Source: an uncultured Alphaproteobacteria bacterium (GTDB taxonomy: Bacteria > Pseudomonadota > Alphaproteobacteria > Rs-D84). From it: 64,000 nt of DNA. How positions within the stretch are numbered: position 1 is the first letter of the stretch; every line of letters starts with the position of its first letter. Below, piece by piece: positions 9,166-18,163 of this stretch. The notes beneath the pieces were generated by a model. That model saw only the letters and a program-made list of their open reading frames with translations. It ran no database searches and was not told the origin of the DNA. The translations under genes were made by a program, and so were the position numbers. The stretch lies in the NCBI GenBank assembly GCA_944389345.1, contig CALXMA010000001.1, forward strand, positions 1,623 through 65,622. Direction: 5' to 3'.

Positions 9166-9215
9166 AATGAATACAAACCGTTTGCACAGGCAAACATCAA
9201 CACAGCGATGGCGGT

Positions 9216-10142
9216 TTATTTATTCAGCGGTTCAACCGCGTATTCGCCAGGCTGTATCGTCATCATAGAATTCATGCCGGCAACGTCATCTTCGCCTGTA
9301 ACCGCGGCGCGGAACTGCATACCACCGGTTGTAAATTCTGTCTTGAACAGTGCGTATCCCGTGCCACCGCCCGTGGTCGGACCCTGCATTCCCAGGGAAT
9401 AATAACCGCCCAAAATTCCATAATCCAGATCGATATAGTCGATGTTAACCAATAATGATACATTGCTGAGCCCGTCACTGGTCATATTACATGTGAATTC
9501 GCGGTTCGATAATGTCGCCTGGGAATTCACAGGAATAACGATGTCCATTATGGTGGGTTCACATGTGCGTGCAATGCCATTGACCAAGAATTCGTACGTC
9601 ATCCCGACCGTCGCGCGCGACAAGCCTGTGGAAATATTTACCTGGGATATTGTGGCCTTGGGAATTTTGACCAATGCGTTGGCAATACCACTGCGTACCG
9701 GGAAAGATATGCCAGATTGCAGGCAATCACGTGAAAACGGGTCCGCTTCGCAGATGAAAACACGCGAATGCTGGTTCATCATGAACATATTAGCCAGGTT
9801 GTTAAACAAAAATGTACGTGTAATCCGGTCGTTCAGGCGTGTGCACCCGAAATTACGACAAATTATCATTGGGCGTTCCGCAAACATCACCCCGGGATGT
9901 TCCATGGATTCTATGTTGCGGGCGTCGATTATGTTTTGGTCATAGTTCAGACTGTCCGTTCTGTCCATGAATTCGGTTTCAGGAATGAAATTCGGATCGT
10001 CTGGGTATGCATAGTATGATTGCACCGGCGTTTCAGTGTATACGGTTTGAAATGTGTCGTATACGACGGTTTCGTCCGTGGCGGCGTACGCCCCAAACGC
10101 AATCATGCCCGCAAAAACAGTCGTCAAAAATAATCTTGCCAT
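9216..10142 (-). CDS. secreted hypothetical protein, first gene of the RR-HK operon
   Basis: Signal peptide MARLFLTTVFAGMIAFGAYAAT; co-oriented, 50 nt upstream of the response regulator. Confidence 0.6.
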   Translation of the reverse strand: MARLFLTTVFAGMIAFGAYAATDETVVYDTFQTVYTETPVQSYYAYPDDPNFIPETEFMDRTDSLNYDQNIIDARNIESMEHPGVMFAERPMIICRNFGCTRLNDRITRTFLFNNLANMFMMNQHSRVFICEADPFSRDCLQSGISFPVRSGIANALVKIPKATISQVNISTGLSRATVGMTYEFLVNGIARTCEPTIMDIVIPVNSQATLSNREFTCNMTSDGLSNVSLLVNIDYIDLDYGILGGYYSLGMQGPTTGGGTGYALFKTEFTTGGMQFRAAVTGEDDVAGMNSMMTIQPGEYAVEPLNK

Positions 10143-10300
10143 GTTAAACGCCTTTTCGTCTTGTGTTAAATCTTAGAACATTATGACGCGCCCTGTCAAA
10201 ACAAAAATTTTTATTGAAAATTGCATACAGTTTGGTTTATAAGTATTCTGAACGTCGTATATATCGGATGTGTTCGAAGTACAAAAGGAAGGCGATTATA

Positions 10301-10960
10301 ATGGTTGATATTATGATTTCTGGGATTGTTGGTAAATTGCATGCGGTGTATCATAAATCAGATGTGCCGGCGGCCCCGTTGGCCGTGGTGTTGTCTGGTA
10401 ATCCGCGACAAAAGTATCACATGAATGATCGTGTGTCTTATGCCATGTTTCGGGCGTTTATGGATATTGGTTTTTCCGTCGTACGATTTAACTATCGTGG
10501 TGTGAACTATTCCGAAGGCGCATTGGGAACACCAGAAGATAATATCAAAGATATTGTGACGGTTATGGACTGGATTCAAAACAGAAATGAAGACAGTAAT
10601 AAGATATGGTTGGCGGGTAATCAATTGGGCGCGTGGTATGTATTACAGGTTATGATGCGTCGGCCAGAGGTGTCCGGGTTTGCGTTGGTGTCGCCAGATG
10701 CATCGGTGTCTAATTTTTCGTTCTTGTCGCCACGACCAAATCGTGGTCTGTTGTTACAGGGCGCGGCAGAATCCGAAGAAGCCAAGGCGTTCGCAACACA
10801 TTTAACCCAGATTTTGAAAAAACAGGCGCAAATAGATTTGGAAACAATACGGATTAAAAATGCCGATGACCATTATTCTCATCCGGCGGAATTGCGCCAA
10901 ATGTATAATGACTTAAAGGCCTATGTCGGGCGTGAAAACGAAGAAAACAAATTGTTGTAA
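10301..10960 (+). CDS. alpha/beta-hydrolase-fold protein (COG2945-like) with the nucleophile elbow substituted
   Basis: AGGAAGG then ATG at 10301; overall pattern VRFNYRGV..S.G...D...DW....WLAG-x-x-x-GAW, but GNQLG replaces GFSFG. Confidence 0.65.
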   Translation: MVDIMISGIVGKLHAVYHKSDVPAAPLAVVLSGNPRQKYHMNDRVSYAMFRAFMDIGFSVVRFNYRGVNYSEGALGTPEDNIKDIVTVMDWIQNRNEDSNKIWLAGNQLGAWYVLQVMMRRPEVSGFALVSPDASVSNFSFLSPRPNRGLLLQGAAESEEAKAFATHLTQILKKQAQIDLETIRIKNADDHYSHPAELRQMYNDLKAYVGRENEENKLL

Positions 10961-10966
10961 AATATT

Positions 10967-11956
10967 ATGCAGAATACCGAACGATTTTTGGATCCGAATA
11001 TTCCCGATGAAATGGCGGGGTCTATACGACCACGCGTGTTGGCGGACTTTATCGGACATGATGCATTAAAACAGAATTTGTCTGTGTTTATTTCGGGTGC
11101 AAAATCCCGTGGCGAAGCGATGGATCACGTTCTGTTATATGGCCCCCCGGGATTGGGCAAGACGACGTTGGCGCATATTGTGGCGAATGAATTGGGGACT
11201 AATTTCCGGGCGACCGCGGCGCCTATGTTGACCAAGCAAGGCGATTTGGCCGCAATATTGACGTCGTTGGAACCGATGGACGTGTTGTTTATCGATGAAA
11301 TTCATCGTCTGCCAACCGCCATTGAAGAAGTGCTGTATTCTGCAATGGAAGATTTTAAGTTGGATATAATGTTGGGCGAAGGGCCGTCCGCAAAAAGTGT
11401 TCGCATTGATTTACCCCCGTTTACGTTGGTGGGTGCGACAACACGTACCGGTTTATTGTCTAATCCCCTGCGCGACAGGTTCGGAATTGATTTACGTCTG
11501 TCGTTTTATTCCCCGGGTGATTTGGCGAAAATTATCATGCGCAGTGCCAATATATTGGGAATGCCGATTGATGGTGATGGGGCGCAAATGTTGGCGCGCA
11601 GTGCGCGTGGAACACCGCGTATCGCAAACAGGTTGCTGAAACGGGCGCGCGATTTTGCAACCGCCATGGGGCGCGATTTGATTTCTGGGGATATTGTGAA
11701 AACCACCCTGGCCCAGTTGCATATTGATGGTGATGGACTGGATGAAATTGACCGTGAATATATGACTGCGATTGTTCGGCATTATGCGGGTGGGCCGGTT
11801 GGAATTGAAAATCTGGCCGCGACGTTGTCAGAACCGGCCGACACAATAGAAGATGTTATTGAACCATATTTGATGCAGTTGGGGTTTATCCAACGTACGC
11901 CACGTGGACGTATTGTAACTGATGCGGGATACGCACATTTGGGGCTTGTTAAATAA
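10967..11956 (+). CDS. ruvB: Holliday junction branch migration helicase RuvB
   Basis: [11 protein letters not shown], Walker [39 protein letters not shown]. Confidence 0.97.
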   Translation: MQNTERFLDPNIPDEMAGSIRPRVLADFIGHDALKQNLSVFISGAKSRGEAMDHVLLYGPPGLGKTTLAHIVANELGTNFRATAAPMLTKQGDLAAILTSLEPMDVLFIDEIHRLPTAIEEVLYSAMEDFKLDIMLGEGPSAKSVRIDLPPFTLVGATTRTGLLSNPLRDRFGIDLRLSFYSPGDLAKIIMRSANILGMPIDGDGAQMLARSARGTPRIANRLLKRARDFATAMGRDLISGDIVKTTLAQLHIDGDGLDEIDREYMTAIVRHYAGGPVGIENLAATLSEPADTIEDVIEPYLMQLGFIQRTPRGRIVTDAGYAHLGLVK

Positions 11957-11971
11957 TCCAAGGAATAAAAA

Positions 11972-12349
11972 ATGAAAGTTCATAAATTTCCGTTTGCGGT
12001 TGCATATGCGGATACTGATGCCGGTGGCATTGTTTATCATGGTCGGTATATTGAAATTGCAGAACGTGCCCGTATGGATGTTCTGCGCGATGTACGGTTC
12101 CCAGACGGTGATGTTGGGTTCGTTATTCGTGATTTGTCCATACGGTATATAAAACCACTGTTCTTGTTTGACAGGTTTGTCGTAGAAACAACGGTGGTTA
12201 AATTGGGTGTGGCGTCGTTGTCTGTGGAACAAAAATTCGTGAAAGACGGCGATATTTGTGCTATACTGTCTGGAACGGCGGCGTATATAGGTGGTGATTT
12301 GCGACCAAAGCGTATACCTGATTCAGTCGCCATGCCATTCAAAGAATAA
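11972..12349 (+). CDS. ybgC: tol-pal-associated acyl-CoA thioesterase (4HBT fold)
   Basis: VAYADTDAGGIVYHGRYIEIAERAR; located immediately before tolQ. Confidence 0.85.
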   Translation: MKVHKFPFAVAYADTDAGGIVYHGRYIEIAERARMDVLRDVRFPDGDVGFVIRDLSIRYIKPLFLFDRFVVETTVVKLGVASLSVEQKFVKDGDICAILSGTAAYIGGDLRPKRIPDSVAMPFKE

Positions 12350-12373
12350 TTTTAATAAAGCAAAGGGTGAAAA

Positions 12374-12880
12374 ATGACAAATGCTTTTTCTTTTACAACA
12401 CTGTTTACGGGCGATTTTATGACCCTGTTTATATCATTGGTTCTGGTGTTGGGCAGTATTATGTCTTGGGCCATTATCATAGAAAAAATCCGTTTGTGGC
12501 GGTTCCAAAAACGGAATCCTGTGGAAATTAAAAATGGCGACAACCCATCTGTTATCGCAGATAAATTAATTCGGCCGTTTGACAGAAATTTGTGGTTCTT
12601 GTCTATGGTGTCGTATGTTGCGCCGTTTATTGGGTTGTTTGGAACTATTTGGGGTGTTATGGATTCGTTTGCGTCTATTGGGGTAAATCAATCCGTGTCC
12701 ATTGGTGTTATTGCACCGGGGTTGGCGACGGCACTGGGGACGACCGCACTGGGACTGATTGCCGCAGTACCCGCCGCGATTGCGTATCAATATTTCAGTA
12801 AAAAATCTGATGATTTATATGATGTTTTGACCGAAAAATGCAAAGAAATGAAAACGGGCAAGTTTTATAAAAATAAATAG
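12374..12880 (+). CDS. tolQ: TolQ (MotA/TolQ/ExbB proton channel), short form
   Basis: Three TM segments; FIGLFGTIWGVM and APGLATALGTTALGLIAAVPA motifs. Confidence 0.85.
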   Translation: MTNAFSFTTLFTGDFMTLFISLVLVLGSIMSWAIIIEKIRLWRFQKRNPVEIKNGDNPSVIADKLIRPFDRNLWFLSMVSYVAPFIGLFGTIWGVMDSFASIGVNQSVSIGVIAPGLATALGTTALGLIAAVPAAIAYQYFSKKSDDLYDVLTEKCKEMKTGKFYKNK

Positions 12881-12888
12881 GTTCGTAT

Positions 12889-13290
12889 ATGACACGCAGA
12901 AGATACAGAAATACAGATGTGAATATTTCTTTGACGCCGATGATTGATATCATGACGGTGTTGTTGGCGGTGTTTATGGTGACGACGCCTATGTTGACAA
13001 CGGGTATAGATTTGAATCTGCCACGGGCGGGAAATTCGGCACTGTCGGGGAATGATCACGCAATACAAATCAGTGTTGACGCAAATGGGAAATACTATGT
13101 CGGTAAAACACAGTTGTCCCGTGATGATGCGGTGGCACGGGTTATCGCAATGCGTGGCGAAAATCCTGACCTTACCATAATGATAAATGGTGATGAATCC
13201 GCGGACTATGGTGCGGTGATGTCTGTTATGGGTAAATTAAAAGATGCTGGTTTCCAACGGGTTGGATTGCGGACGCAACTGGGTGATTAA
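12889..13290 (+). CDS. tolR: TolR (ExbD/TolR family)
   Basis: INISLTPMIDIMTVLLAVFMV TM with conserved Asp, followed by a periplasmic domain. Confidence 0.85.
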   Translation: MTRRRYRNTDVNISLTPMIDIMTVLLAVFMVTTPMLTTGIDLNLPRAGNSALSGNDHAIQISVDANGKYYVGKTQLSRDDAVARVIAMRGENPDLTIMINGDESADYGAVMSVMGKLKDAGFQRVGLRTQLGD

Positions 13291-13296
13291 TAGAAT

Positions 13297-14076
13297 ATGA
13301 ATTTGGGGTCAAGATTTTCATCGGAAAATTTGCTGATGTCGGTGTGCGGGCACTTGGCATTGGTGGCGATTATGGTTACGTCTTTTGCCGTGGTTGTGCA
13401 TCGGGCGACGTTGGTCGCGCCAGACCGTATAGAAATTTTGGAAATAGATTTGGATGCGGTGCATGTCGGTGGCGATGAAACGATTTTGCATAATGTAAAC
13501 GCGGATGCGGTTGTGGAACCAGAACCGGCGCCGGAACCGGAACCCGAAAATGTTGCGGAACCCGTGCCAGAGCCGGTTGAGACGGACGTTGAAACCGAAA
13601 TTGTTGAACCAAGTTTGATTGAATCCGTACCCGAAGTGCCGGAACCCGTCGTTCAACCCGTGGCCAAGGCGGACGATGCAAACAAATCGGCGGATGAAGA
13701 AGCGCCAAAAAAGAAAAAGACGGTTGTGCGTGTAAATCGCGAAGTGGTGTCGTTGGACCGTACGCTGACGGTGTCTGTGGTGGATGCGTTGCGCGTGGCG
13801 ATGACGCGTTGTTGGACCATAGATACCACGCATCCGGGGATTGGCGATATTCGTGCGGTGGCGCATTTGACCATGCGTCGTAATGGAACCGTGCGTGATG
13901 TGTGGTTTGAATCGGCGGCGCGTGCGGATACAGATCCGGCATTTGCGTACGTATTGGAAACAATACGAAATGCGATAAATGTGTGTCAGCCGTTTAAGAT
14001 GTTGCCACCAAACGAATTTGACAAGTGGCAGAAAATACAACTGACATTTTATCCGACCCAGGGAAAGGTTATGTAA
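13297..14076 (+). CDS. tolA: TolA-like protein (N-terminal TM, Pro/Glu-rich linker, C-terminal TolA/TonB-type domain)
   Basis: TM LALVAIMVTSFAVVV; linker EPEPAPEPEPENVAEPVPEPVETDVETEIVEP; position after tolR. Confidence 0.65.
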   Translation: MNLGSRFSSENLLMSVCGHLALVAIMVTSFAVVVHRATLVAPDRIEILEIDLDAVHVGGDETILHNVNADAVVEPEPAPEPEPENVAEPVPEPVETDVETEIVEPSLIESVPEVPEPVVQPVAKADDANKSADEEAPKKKKTVVRVNREVVSLDRTLTVSVVDALRVAMTRCWTIDTTHPGIGDIRAVAHLTMRRNGTVRDVWFESAARADTDPAFAYVLETIRNAINVCQPFKMLPPNEFDKWQKIQLTFYPTQGKVM

Positions 14077-14082
14077 AGCGGT

Positions 14083-14113
14083 GCCCGCGTTGTGCAATAC
14101 GTGGGCATTTTTG
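14083..14113 (+). terminator. intrinsic terminator after tolA
   Basis: stem gcccgcg/cgtgggc (one G-U pair) followed by attttt. Confidence 0.5.
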
Positions 14114-14223
14114 TTTTATTGGTTATGCGTATGTTTGCAACAACATTTATTTCGGTTTTATGAAATCAAAAGAAAAACGTTCCGCGTCTGCGGAACGTCT
14201 AATCGTTATAACGATAAATGGAT

Positions 14224-14640
14224 TTATTCCATACCATTCAAACTGCGCAACAGTTTCATTACCATTTCGCGTTTGTCGTCGCCCGGCAATTTCCAATACA
14301 GATTTATTAACGTCAGTGATTCGTTCTTGGACAGCGGATCATCCTTGCTTGTTTGCTGGGCCACGTGTTGGATACGACCAGTGCGGTCCGGTTCGGGCAT
14401 TAATCCCGGCAGACCACGGAAAAAGAACGTAATCGGCGTTTCCAGTACGGAACTGAGTTCAAACAGTCGCGATGCGTAGATCCGATTCTCTGCGCGTTCG
14501 TATTTTTGAATCTGTTGTGATGTAACACCGCACAGGTTCGCCAAATCACGCTGGGACAGGCCCATCATGGTACGGCGCAGTTGCAGGCGTTTGCCGATGT
14601 GTTCATCAATAGAATTGTGTACTATTGGCTGTTCTGACAT
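14224..14640 (-). CDS. XRE-family helix-turn-helix transcriptional regulator
   Basis: IGKRLQLRRTMMGLSQRDLANLCGVTSQQIQKYERAENRIYASRLFELSSVL. Confidence 0.85.
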   Translation of the reverse strand: MSEQPIVHNSIDEHIGKRLQLRRTMMGLSQRDLANLCGVTSQQIQKYERAENRIYASRLFELSSVLETPITFFFRGLPGLMPEPDRTGRIQHVAQQTSKDDPLSKNESLTLINLYWKLPGDDKREMVMKLLRSLNGME

Positions 14641-14765
14641 GAATTTATCCTGCGGTTATTATGAAAATTCTCCTAAGATTATTTATACTAGTTTTCTTTT
14701 TCTTTTGCAATCAAAAAACTGATGTGATAGATTTTTGGCGTTAAATTTTTATCGAGAGGAAAGAT

Positions 14766-16241
14766 ATGAGCAAGCCTGTTGTTTTATGTATTATGGATGG
14801 TGTCGGTATCGGACAAGATGATAATCATAATGCCGTGGAAATGGCAAAAATGCCGTGCTATCGCGGGTTGTTGCGGGATTACCCGCATTCACAATTAAAT
14901 GCCAGTGGACCGGCCGTGGGGTTGCCAGATGGCACAATGGGCAATTCAGAAGTTGGGCATATTACAATCGGTTCGGGACGCGTTGTTAATCAATTTTTGC
15001 GTCGATTTCAATTAGAAAATTGGAAACAGAATGCACCGTTGCGTGGTTTTATCGATTCGGTGCGTGACGATGGTGGAATTGTTCATGTCGCGGGGTTGAT
15101 GTCTGATGGACGTGTGCATTCCGATGTTCGTGATATTTTAACCATTGTACGGTTTATATTGGATGCCGGGGTGCGCGTATGTATTCATTTTATTGCAGAT
15201 GGACGTGATACACCGCCACAATCCGCACCTAGATATGTCGCGATGATACAGGAATCTTTGGCCCCGTATTTGGCCGATGGACGGGCGTTTTTTGGGACTT
15301 TGTCGGGACGGTACTATGCGATGGACCGAAACAAAAATATGGACAGAACAGAATCGGCATTTAATGCGATTGCGTGTGCAAAATCTGAATATGTCGCGGA
15401 TGATATAGATTCTGCACTGGCCGATGCGTATGCGCGTGGTGAAACAGACGAATTTATACGGCCGACCGTTATCAGTGGCGATGTGCCAATTACATCAAAA
15501 GATGGGTTCTTGTTCGGAAATTATCGCAGTGATCGTGCACGCCAGATTGTGCGGGCGGTGTTGTGTACGGGGGCCCGGATGTTATGTTTTTCCCAATATG
15601 GCGAAGGATTAAATGAATTGTGCCCCGCCCTGTTGCCGGATGAAGTCGTTGGTGATGTTCTGGGCGATGTTTTGGCACAACATGGTAAAACACAACTGAG
15701 AATCGCAGAAACAGAAAAATACAATCATGTTACGTATTTCTTTGATGCGGAACGTAATGTTGATTTTGACGGTGAAGAAAAAGTTTTGATTCCATCGCCT
15801 GATGTGGCAACGTTTGATTTGAAACCAGAAATGTCCGCAGGTGAAATTACGGATGCGTTGTTGCCAAAACTGTCGCAATTTGACGTTGTAATTTTGAACT
15901 ATGCCAATGGTGATATGGTTGGGCATACCGGGAATCAAGATGCAACAATTCGGGCAATGGAATTTTTGGACAAACAATTGGCACGATTGGTCCCGGCGGT
16001 ATTAGAACTGGGCGGGGTGATGTTGATTGCCGCAGATCACGGAAATGCAGAAAAAATGTGGGATGATGTGAACAATCTGCCTTGGACGGCGCATACGACA
16101 AATCCCGTGAACTTTATTGTTGTGTCAAATGAAAAGCATGTCGTGCATGATGGCGGTTTGGCGGATATCGCACCAACAATATTAAAGTTGGTTGGTATAG
16201 AACAGCCAAAATCTATGACGGGAAAATCGTTAATAGATTAA
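14766..16241 (+). CDS. gpmI: 2,3-bisphosphoglycerate-independent phosphoglycerate mutase
   Basis: VVLCIMDGVGIG, MGNSEVGHITIGSGRV, GLMSDGRVHS, ADGRDTPP, NYANGDMVGHTG, ADHGNAE. Confidence 0.95.
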   Translation: MSKPVVLCIMDGVGIGQDDNHNAVEMAKMPCYRGLLRDYPHSQLNASGPAVGLPDGTMGNSEVGHITIGSGRVVNQFLRRFQLENWKQNAPLRGFIDSVRDDGGIVHVAGLMSDGRVHSDVRDILTIVRFILDAGVRVCIHFIADGRDTPPQSAPRYVAMIQESLAPYLADGRAFFGTLSGRYYAMDRNKNMDRTESAFNAIACAKSEYVADDIDSALADAYARGETDEFIRPTVISGDVPITSKDGFLFGNYRSDRARQIVRAVLCTGARMLCFSQYGEGLNELCPALLPDEVVGDVLGDVLAQHGKTQLRIAETEKYNHVTYFFDAERNVDFDGEEKVLIPSPDVATFDLKPEMSAGEITDALLPKLSQFDVVILNYANGDMVGHTGNQDATIRAMEFLDKQLARLVPAVLELGGVMLIAADHGNAEKMWDDVNNLPWTAHTTNPVNFIVVSNEKHVVHDGGLADIAPTILKLVGIEQPKSMTGKSLID

Positions 16242-16258
16242 GTTAAAAGACGGCGATG

Positions 16259-16720
16259 TTATTCGCCGTTTTTTGATTTTTTGCGTCGCAAGGCAAAAAA
16301 ATCACGCAACAGTTGGGCGGATTCGTCCGCGTATTCGGGGATTTGGTGTACAGTTGGACGCCACAGGTGTTTGTCTGTGTCATATACGCGGGCGTTGGAT
16401 GTTATGCCACCACCCTTGGCGTCGGGGGCGGCGAAGTATACATTGCGAATACGCGCCAATGATATCGCCGTGGCGCACATCGCACATGGTTCCAGACTGA
16501 TGTAAATATCGCAATCGTCTAAGAATTTAGTCCCCAGTTTTTTACATGCGCGATTTATCGCGACTATTTCTGCATGTAATGTTGGATTTTTGCGTAATTG
16601 CACCATGTTTTCACCGCGGGCAATAACTTTGCCGTCGCGTACAATTACCGCACCAATCGGAACGTCGTCGTGCGACATGGCGCGGATGGCTGAATTTAAG
16701 GCTTGCTTCATAAACGTCAT
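16259..16720 (-). CDS. tadA: tRNA adenosine(34) deaminase
   Basis: VPIGAVIV...HAEIVAINRA...LEPCAMCATAI deaminase zinc motif; ATG at 16720 (MTFMKQAL). Confidence 0.9.
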   Translation of the reverse strand: MTFMKQALNSAIRAMSHDDVPIGAVIVRDGKVIARGENMVQLRKNPTLHAEIVAINRACKKLGTKFLDDCDIYISLEPCAMCATAISLARIRNVYFAAPDAKGGGITSNARVYDTDKHLWRPTVHQIPEYADESAQLLRDFFALRRKKSKNGE

Positions 16721-16737
16721 AATGTACACTGTATCGT

Positions 16738-17298
16738 ATGAATTCAAGATTGCAAATTTTTTCGGGACGTTTTCGTGGGCGCAAGTTGTTTTTGCCCCCA
16801 GATGCACGCCCAACACAAAATCGTGCGCGGATGGCGTTGTTTAATATCCTGGGCGGATTAATAGGCGCAGATGAAAATATTGTTGTGTGGGACGCGTTCG
16901 CAGGCAGTGGTGCGTTCGGAATTGAATGTCTGTCGCGATATCCGGGTGCGCGTGTGTATTTTACAGATGTTGCGACAACGTCTGTCCAGACCGTGCGAAA
17001 AAATTTGGCTATGTTGCAGGTTGGCAATGTCGCGGTGGTCGAACAGATTGATGCGAATATGGCCGTTAAACGTATCGGTGGTATCGCAGATTTGATTTTC
17101 GTTGATGCCCCATATGATGATGCAGATGTGGGATTTACGTTTGTGCGGGCGTTGGGAAAACGTGCAAAAAATGGCGCAATTCTGATTTGGGAACAAGAAA
17201 CCAGTCATTCTGTAAATCCGCCAGACGGATGGGAAATATTGCGGGACAAGGTATATGGGCGCGCGCGCTTTTTGGTTTTACAGCGGTGTGGCGAATAA
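16738..17298 (+). CDS. rsmD: 16S rRNA (guanine966-N2)-methyltransferase
   Basis: LQIFSGRFRGRKLFLPPDARPTQNRARMALFNIL...WDAFAGSGAFGIE...FVDAPY. Confidence 0.88.
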   Translation: MNSRLQIFSGRFRGRKLFLPPDARPTQNRARMALFNILGGLIGADENIVVWDAFAGSGAFGIECLSRYPGARVYFTDVATTSVQTVRKNLAMLQVGNVAVVEQIDANMAVKRIGGIADLIFVDAPYDDADVGFTFVRALGKRAKNGAILIWEQETSHSVNPPDGWEILRDKVYGRARFLVLQRCGE

Positions 17299-17397
17299 AA
17301 ACCTTGATTTTTCAAAGATTTTAGTAAATAATATGGCCCGCGTGGCACCCTTGGAGGCCACGTTAGCAAAAAACAAAATGTAAAAAGGAAATATAAA

Positions 17398-18024
17398 ATG
17401 GCTATTAAATTAAACGCAGAAATTCGTGGACGTGTTGGCAAGGGGGCCGCGCGTGGTATCCGCAAAAACAAGAATATCCCCGCGGTTGTATATGGCGAAA
17501 AAAAGGCGCCGGTTGCAATCGAACTGAACGGTCGTGATTTCGAAATGCTGTTGCAAACCCCCAGTTTGCGCACAAAGTTGTTTGAAATCGATACCGCAAA
17601 TGGTCATGAAGACGCGATGTTGATGGATATTCAATATCACCCAGTTAATGATACGGTTGTTCATGTGGATTTTAAGCGTATCGATGTCAAGAAACCGGTG
17701 AACGTCAGCGTGCCGGTCGAAGTTGTGAATGTCGAAACGTCCAAGGGACTGAAAATGGGCGGTGTGTTGAACTTTGCTGTGCGTAAGGTTGCTTTGCGCG
17801 GTTTGGTTCACGATATTCCAGAAAAGATCACAATTGATTTGACCAATTTGAATATTGGTGATTCTGTGCACGGTTCTGATTTGGTTCTGCCGGCGGGCGT
17901 TGAATTGGGGCTGCACCAGGCAGAATTGGCGTTCGCCACAATCGGTGGTAAAATGCCCGATGAAACACCGGCTGCGGCGGCTGCGACAACCGCTGCCCCG
18001 GCAACAGCCGAAGCGAAAAAATAA
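17398..18024 (+). CDS. rplY: 50S ribosomal protein L25/general stress protein Ctc
   Basis: RGRVGKGAARGIRKNKNIPAVVYG...HPVNDTVVHVDFKRI; Ala-rich C-terminal tail. Confidence 0.92.
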   Translation: MAIKLNAEIRGRVGKGAARGIRKNKNIPAVVYGEKKAPVAIELNGRDFEMLLQTPSLRTKLFEIDTANGHEDAMLMDIQYHPVNDTVVHVDFKRIDVKKPVNVSVPVEVVNVETSKGLKMGGVLNFAVRKVALRGLVHDIPEKITIDLTNLNIGDSVHGSDLVLPAGVELGLHQAELAFATIGGKMPDETPAAAAATTAAPATAEAKK

Positions 18025-18042
18025 TTTCGCATTTGTGTTAGA

Positions 18043-18071
18043 AAAAAAACCGCCCACGTGGGCGGTTTTTT
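18043..18071 (+). terminator. intrinsic terminator after rplY
   Basis: stem ccgccc/gggcgg (18050-18055/18060-18065) followed by a T-run. Confidence 0.7.
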
Positions 18072-18092
18072 GTATTATTTTTTTCCTGTGGT

Positions 18093-18121
18093 CTTGAAAT
18101 GGTATTTTGTGTTCACTATAT
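18093..18121 (+). promoter_or_regulatory. RpoH (sigma32)-type heat-shock promoter upstream of dnaK
   Basis: CTTGAAA (18093-18099), about 14-nt spacer, CACTATAT (18114-18121); resembles the alphaproteobacterial CTTG-N17-CYTATNT consensus. Confidence 0.5.
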
Positions 18122-18163
18122 GGTATGCAACGGAAAAAAATTACAGTTTGTAAGGAGTGAAAA

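Noticed and set aside
13318-14097. 259-aa minus-strand ORF mirroring the tolA-like gene (plus a second 195-aa one at 13376..13963)
   Set aside because: It is antisense to a gene with clear operon context. The His/Arg/Phe-rich translation is low complexity, generated by the complement of the Pro/Glu-rich linker. There is no RBS or motif.
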